Source: Takakia lepidozioides (taxonomy: Eukaryota; Plantae; Bryophyta). Taken from it: a stretch of DNA of 64,000 nt. The position numbers and the translations under genes were made by a program. Every line of letters begins with the position of its first letter. The stretch's first letter is position 1. The notes under the pieces are model-generated. The model had not been told where the DNA came from. It ran no database searches and saw only the letters and a program-made list of their open reading frames with translations. The stretch covers positions 68,758,001 to 68,822,000 of the forward strand of contig CM060732.1 of assembly GCA_030704615.1 (NCBI GenBank), given 5' to 3'. Shown here piece by piece: positions 60,551-64,000 of the stretch.

Positions 60551-62229
60551 ACAAGGAACTCTTCATAAAACAGGCTTCTTGCTTCATACCACACTAGTTT
60601 GCAATCATCTGGTAGAACCCTTGAATCATCATCACAACAATACCCCTTGTATTCTTGGCTTGGAGATCCATGGCGTACATCGAAATGAGAACCAGCACCG
60701 TACTGTTCTCCACCTTGTCTCATGGCAGCTACCTCTACCTTCACCCAACGAGGCTTCGACCAACTCCCACTCCAAATGACCTCCTTTTTTGGCTTGTGTC
60801 CAAAGTCCGGCGACCTTGGATTGTTCTGTGAAAACCGCGAGTAGGCAGCTGAGCAGCCATGCCTCAGCAGCCGAGCAACTGGACATACAATCCACTCCAA
60901 AAAAACATAAGAATACCTCCCTTTCTTTCCATCATAATTTCTTTCTTCCTTCCTTCTAAATGAATTGAAAGAAGAGAAATTGCCATCTCAGGAAAGGAGC
61001 AAATCCGCCTCAATTACGTTAGCACTCCCTTTTATGACCGTAGAGTAGACATTTTCAACACAACCGGGTGGAATTGCTGCGGGGATCAGTCACAGACAAC
61101 ATGAAATGCTGCAGCACACTAAAGAAACACCAAAAAACCGCAAAGTTTTCCATGTCTGTACCTTTCTTCGGTCTCCGTCCGTCCGTGGGAGGGGTCATAG
61201 CCATTACTTGCAAGGCTCTCCGGCCCAACTTTGCCAAGGTGGATATCCATCTCCGAACCCCTAGCTGACCCTTCAATCTGCTGCGTGACGTGAGCCCTCC
61301 CTCCCATCGACAGAACCGACACGACAAAGTATTGGGTATAGCCCCTCTCAAGAGAGCAGCGGAGCTCGCTGCCATCCATGTGCCTGTGCAGAGCAAGGAT
61401 CCCACCAAAACCGAACGGATGCGAGAACAACAATGCAAAGCAAGCACTTCACAGCCACAACACGAACATGCTCTTGCACTGCACTGCGTTGTGGGTTGTG
61501 GGTCCCCGCACAGTGAGCACCTGGAACAACCATTAGGAAGGTTTAGACCCTCGCAAAATCAGTGACAACATTGCAATTCCTATTCTACTTCTGTAAAGCT
61601 TTATAAATAGAACCGCAACCCACATGTTACGGACACTGAGATACTTCGGCAGCCAACTTTATTACATACGAAGTTGGGGGTCAGATGAAGACCAAGAATG
61701 GGGTTGGTGGGTGTTTGGCGTTTTGCTGCGGTTCTTTACTGCACTCGGGAGAGAACTACTTCTATGGGACTCTACATGCAGAGAGTTGAGAGATAGCCTG
61801 TGGGGTATTCGCTTGCAACCTCGTATACATCTGCATTGCATTGGGGAGGAGAGTAAACGTGGGAAGGGAAAGAGAAAAGCACAGGAGGGTCGGGAAGAAG
61901 GGACCGGCAAGAGGGAAGGGAAGAGAGAGAGAGAGAGAATGGTGGAGTTATCTTGCCCGGCATTACTTCGTTGCCACTCACCAAGTGCTACTCGCTAGCT
62001 CATCCGTCTGATAAAGCCGTCAACCAGTCGTCATTTATGCCGGGCGTCTGAGAGAGAGGAAGAGCAATCGCGGACATAAGGAGCAGAATAGTGTATACAG
62101 GATCGGAAGAGATTGTGAGAGGAAGGAAACAGGGTCCAGCGCATGGTCTGGAACATTAACAGACTCTGAGACCCGTCGGAGCGAGGTGAACTCACTCCAA
62201 AGATTGAATACACAAAGAGGTTCACAAGG

Positions 62230-62424
62230 ATGGGGAGCATAGGAGCGCTGTTGAGGCATCCGGAAGATATTCCTTCTTTGTTGAAGTTGAAGATGGCCTC
62301 TGTGCAGGCCAGCCGCGCCATACCCACAGATCCCAATCTGGCATTCTGCTACCAGATGTTGACACGAGTCTCTCGTAGTTTTTCGATTGTCATCCAGCAG
62401 CTAGGTCCTGGTCTTCGCAATGCG
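62230..62424 (+). CDS. SQS: Squalene synthase, exon 1 (gene continues beyond window)
   Basis: [23 protein letters not shown]...[25 protein letters not shown]|GT. 195-nt exon with the conserved VSRSF motif. Confidence 0.93.
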
Positions 62425-62699
62425 GTAAAATGTCTTGCCTCTCATCTTTAGCCTCTTTTTGGTCACATCTTTCTGTGTGTCTCTCGCTTGTGCGTTCCTT
62501 TGCAGAGTCTCATTCTCACACAATTAACGGAGAATCGTGTACAGTAGAATCCAATACTGAATTTTGTGGGAGAGGGCGATCTGCCTCTGAAGTCAGCTGA
62601 TTGGGCTCTGAAACCTTATGTGTGCTTGTTTGTTATATGAACAAGTAGATGGACAGTGGAAATATTTCATTTCATGGTGAAATTATCACCTGGCCCTGT

Positions 62700-62916
62700 T
62701 GGGGTCTAATTGCTGGGAAGCTCACATACAGCAAGTTGATGCTTGTGTGAAGGGCTTTCTAGACGATATCTAAACTAAATCCAACTAAAAAATCCAAACT
62801 AATTGTCTCTATCAGGGTGAGCCCCTCACAACAGGTAGTATGTTCCCTTTTGTTCCGCCAAACTGGGCATGGGATCTATGGCCTAAGGCTATGGCAAACA
62901 ACGCCATATGAGTACA

Positions 62917-62947
<31 letters not shown>
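62700..62947 (+). mobile_element. Old 3' remnant of the RTE/RTEX-like LINE plus (CT)n tract in SQS intron 1
   Basis: TTGATGCTTGTGTGAAGGG...CCCTTTTGTTCC...GGCAAACAACGCCATATGAGTACATT matches the reverse complement of 7107-7310. (CT)n at 62919-62947. Confidence 0.8.
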
Positions 62948-62955
62948 ATCTAAGT

Positions 62956-64000
62956 GTGGCATCACGCTCCTCAATGCTGTTGGCAAGACATTCTGCAGAG
63001 TTATAAGTACTCGTCTCGAGGTTGATCTGGAGTCTAGAGGTTGTTTCCACGAAGGTGAAGCTGGCTTTCGGCGAAACAGGGGCTGTGTGGATCATATCTT
63101 CACTCTAAGCCAGATTATCCAGGGAAGGAAAAAAGAAGGGAAACCCACTTATGTCTTTTTCCTGGATGTCAAAAAGGCTTATGACACAGTGTGGAGAGAT
63201 GGCCTATGGTTCCGCCTCTGGTCTTGTGGGATCAAGGGAAAGATGTGGAGAATTGTCCACAACTTGTATGCTCACACCAAAAGCTGTGTCACTGTTAACG
63301 GACAGAAGTCCAACTTCTTTGACATAGACCAAGGTGTAGCTCAAGGATGTACTCTCTCCCCTCTGCTCTTCAATGTTTTCATCAATCAACTCCTCGAGGA
63401 TGTGGAAAGTGAGGGATTTGGGTTAAGGGTGGGTGATACCACCATACCAGCCCTTATGTTTGCGGATGACTTCGCAGGCATAGGGGAGACTCCAACCAAT
63501 CTCCAGGAGTTGATTGATTGCGCGAAGAGATACTTTGATCTTTGGGGGCTAGAGGCTAATGTCAGCAAATGTGCAGTGGTAGCATTCAACGACAGAGGAG
63601 AGGGAGGAAGTGATCTTAAGTGGCAGTGGGGTAGCCAAGAGATCCCGGTCCTCCCTTCCTACACTTACCTGGGCGTTGAGTTCTCCTCCAATTGTAATTG
63701 GGATGCACATATCCGGAAAGTTGTTCAAACTGGCAAGGGCAAAGCTCTGGGGCTCACTAAATTTTTCCACTGCAGAGGGGTCAACTCTGAGGTCAAGAAA
63801 ACCATGCTTTGTCGCGTTATTAGACCTGCCTTGGAGTACGGATCTGCTATATGGGTTGATAACTCCAACCAGGCTAAGTCTCTAGAATCCATTCAAGTGG
63901 GGGTGCTTAAGGAGTGTATGTCAGCATGCTCCAAAACAGCCAATGTGGCTGTTCGGGGTGAGTTTGGCATTCCGTCCTTAAGCTCCCGACGAGATGAATT
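62956..64000 (+). mobile_element. Young 5'-truncated LINE (RTE/RTEX-like) reverse transcriptase in SQS intron 1, runs off the window
   Basis: Open frame: GITLLNAVGKTFCR, AGFRRNRGCVDHIF, FLDVKKAYDTVWR, GVAQGCTLSPLLFNVFI, LMFADD, YTYLGVEF, RPALEYGSAIW. Confidence 0.95.

Noticed and set aside
61055-61998. Several 60-130-aa ORFs between the PPR and SQS
   Set aside because: No recognisable motifs. More likely 5' UTR or promoter sequence.

Overview
Eukaryotic nuclear DNA from a land plant. GT-AG introns, a plastid Cu/Zn-SOD, PLS/DYW PPR editing factors and an RTE/RTEX-like LINE suggest a non-seed plant (inference). Host genes: the 3' 18 exons of topoisomerase III alpha (TOP3A, +), a complete 8-exon chloroplast Cu/Zn superoxide dismutase (CSD2, -), an intronless secreted Pro/Gly/Tyr-repeat protein (+), one PLS-E-DYW PPR, one DYW-less PLS-E PPR, one PPR pseudogene (all -), a shattered F-box/kelch-type pseudogene, and exon 1 of squalene synthase (SQS, +). 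The centre is a nested transposon stack. A ~19 kb Mutator-like element (MULE) with ~335-bp GC-rich TIRs (34165-53418) carries two convergent, pseudogenised genes. One is a DDE/SWIM transposase resembling the angiosperm At4g13970/At1g60560-type SWIM family (recalled from memory, needs a search). The other is a multi-exon Zn-finger/QT-repeat/Ulp1 SUMO-protease gene. A Ty3/gypsy element (TSD ATTCA) splits the Ulp1 catalytic motif and contains an inverted same-family copy next to a 500-N gap. One LINE family with almost no 3' UTR and a TC-rich 3' junction has inserted repeatedly at TC-rich intron sites in both TOP3A and SQS. Two MITEs have clear TIR/TSD (hAT 8 bp, Mutator 9 bp) and one has a weaker TA-flanked signature.
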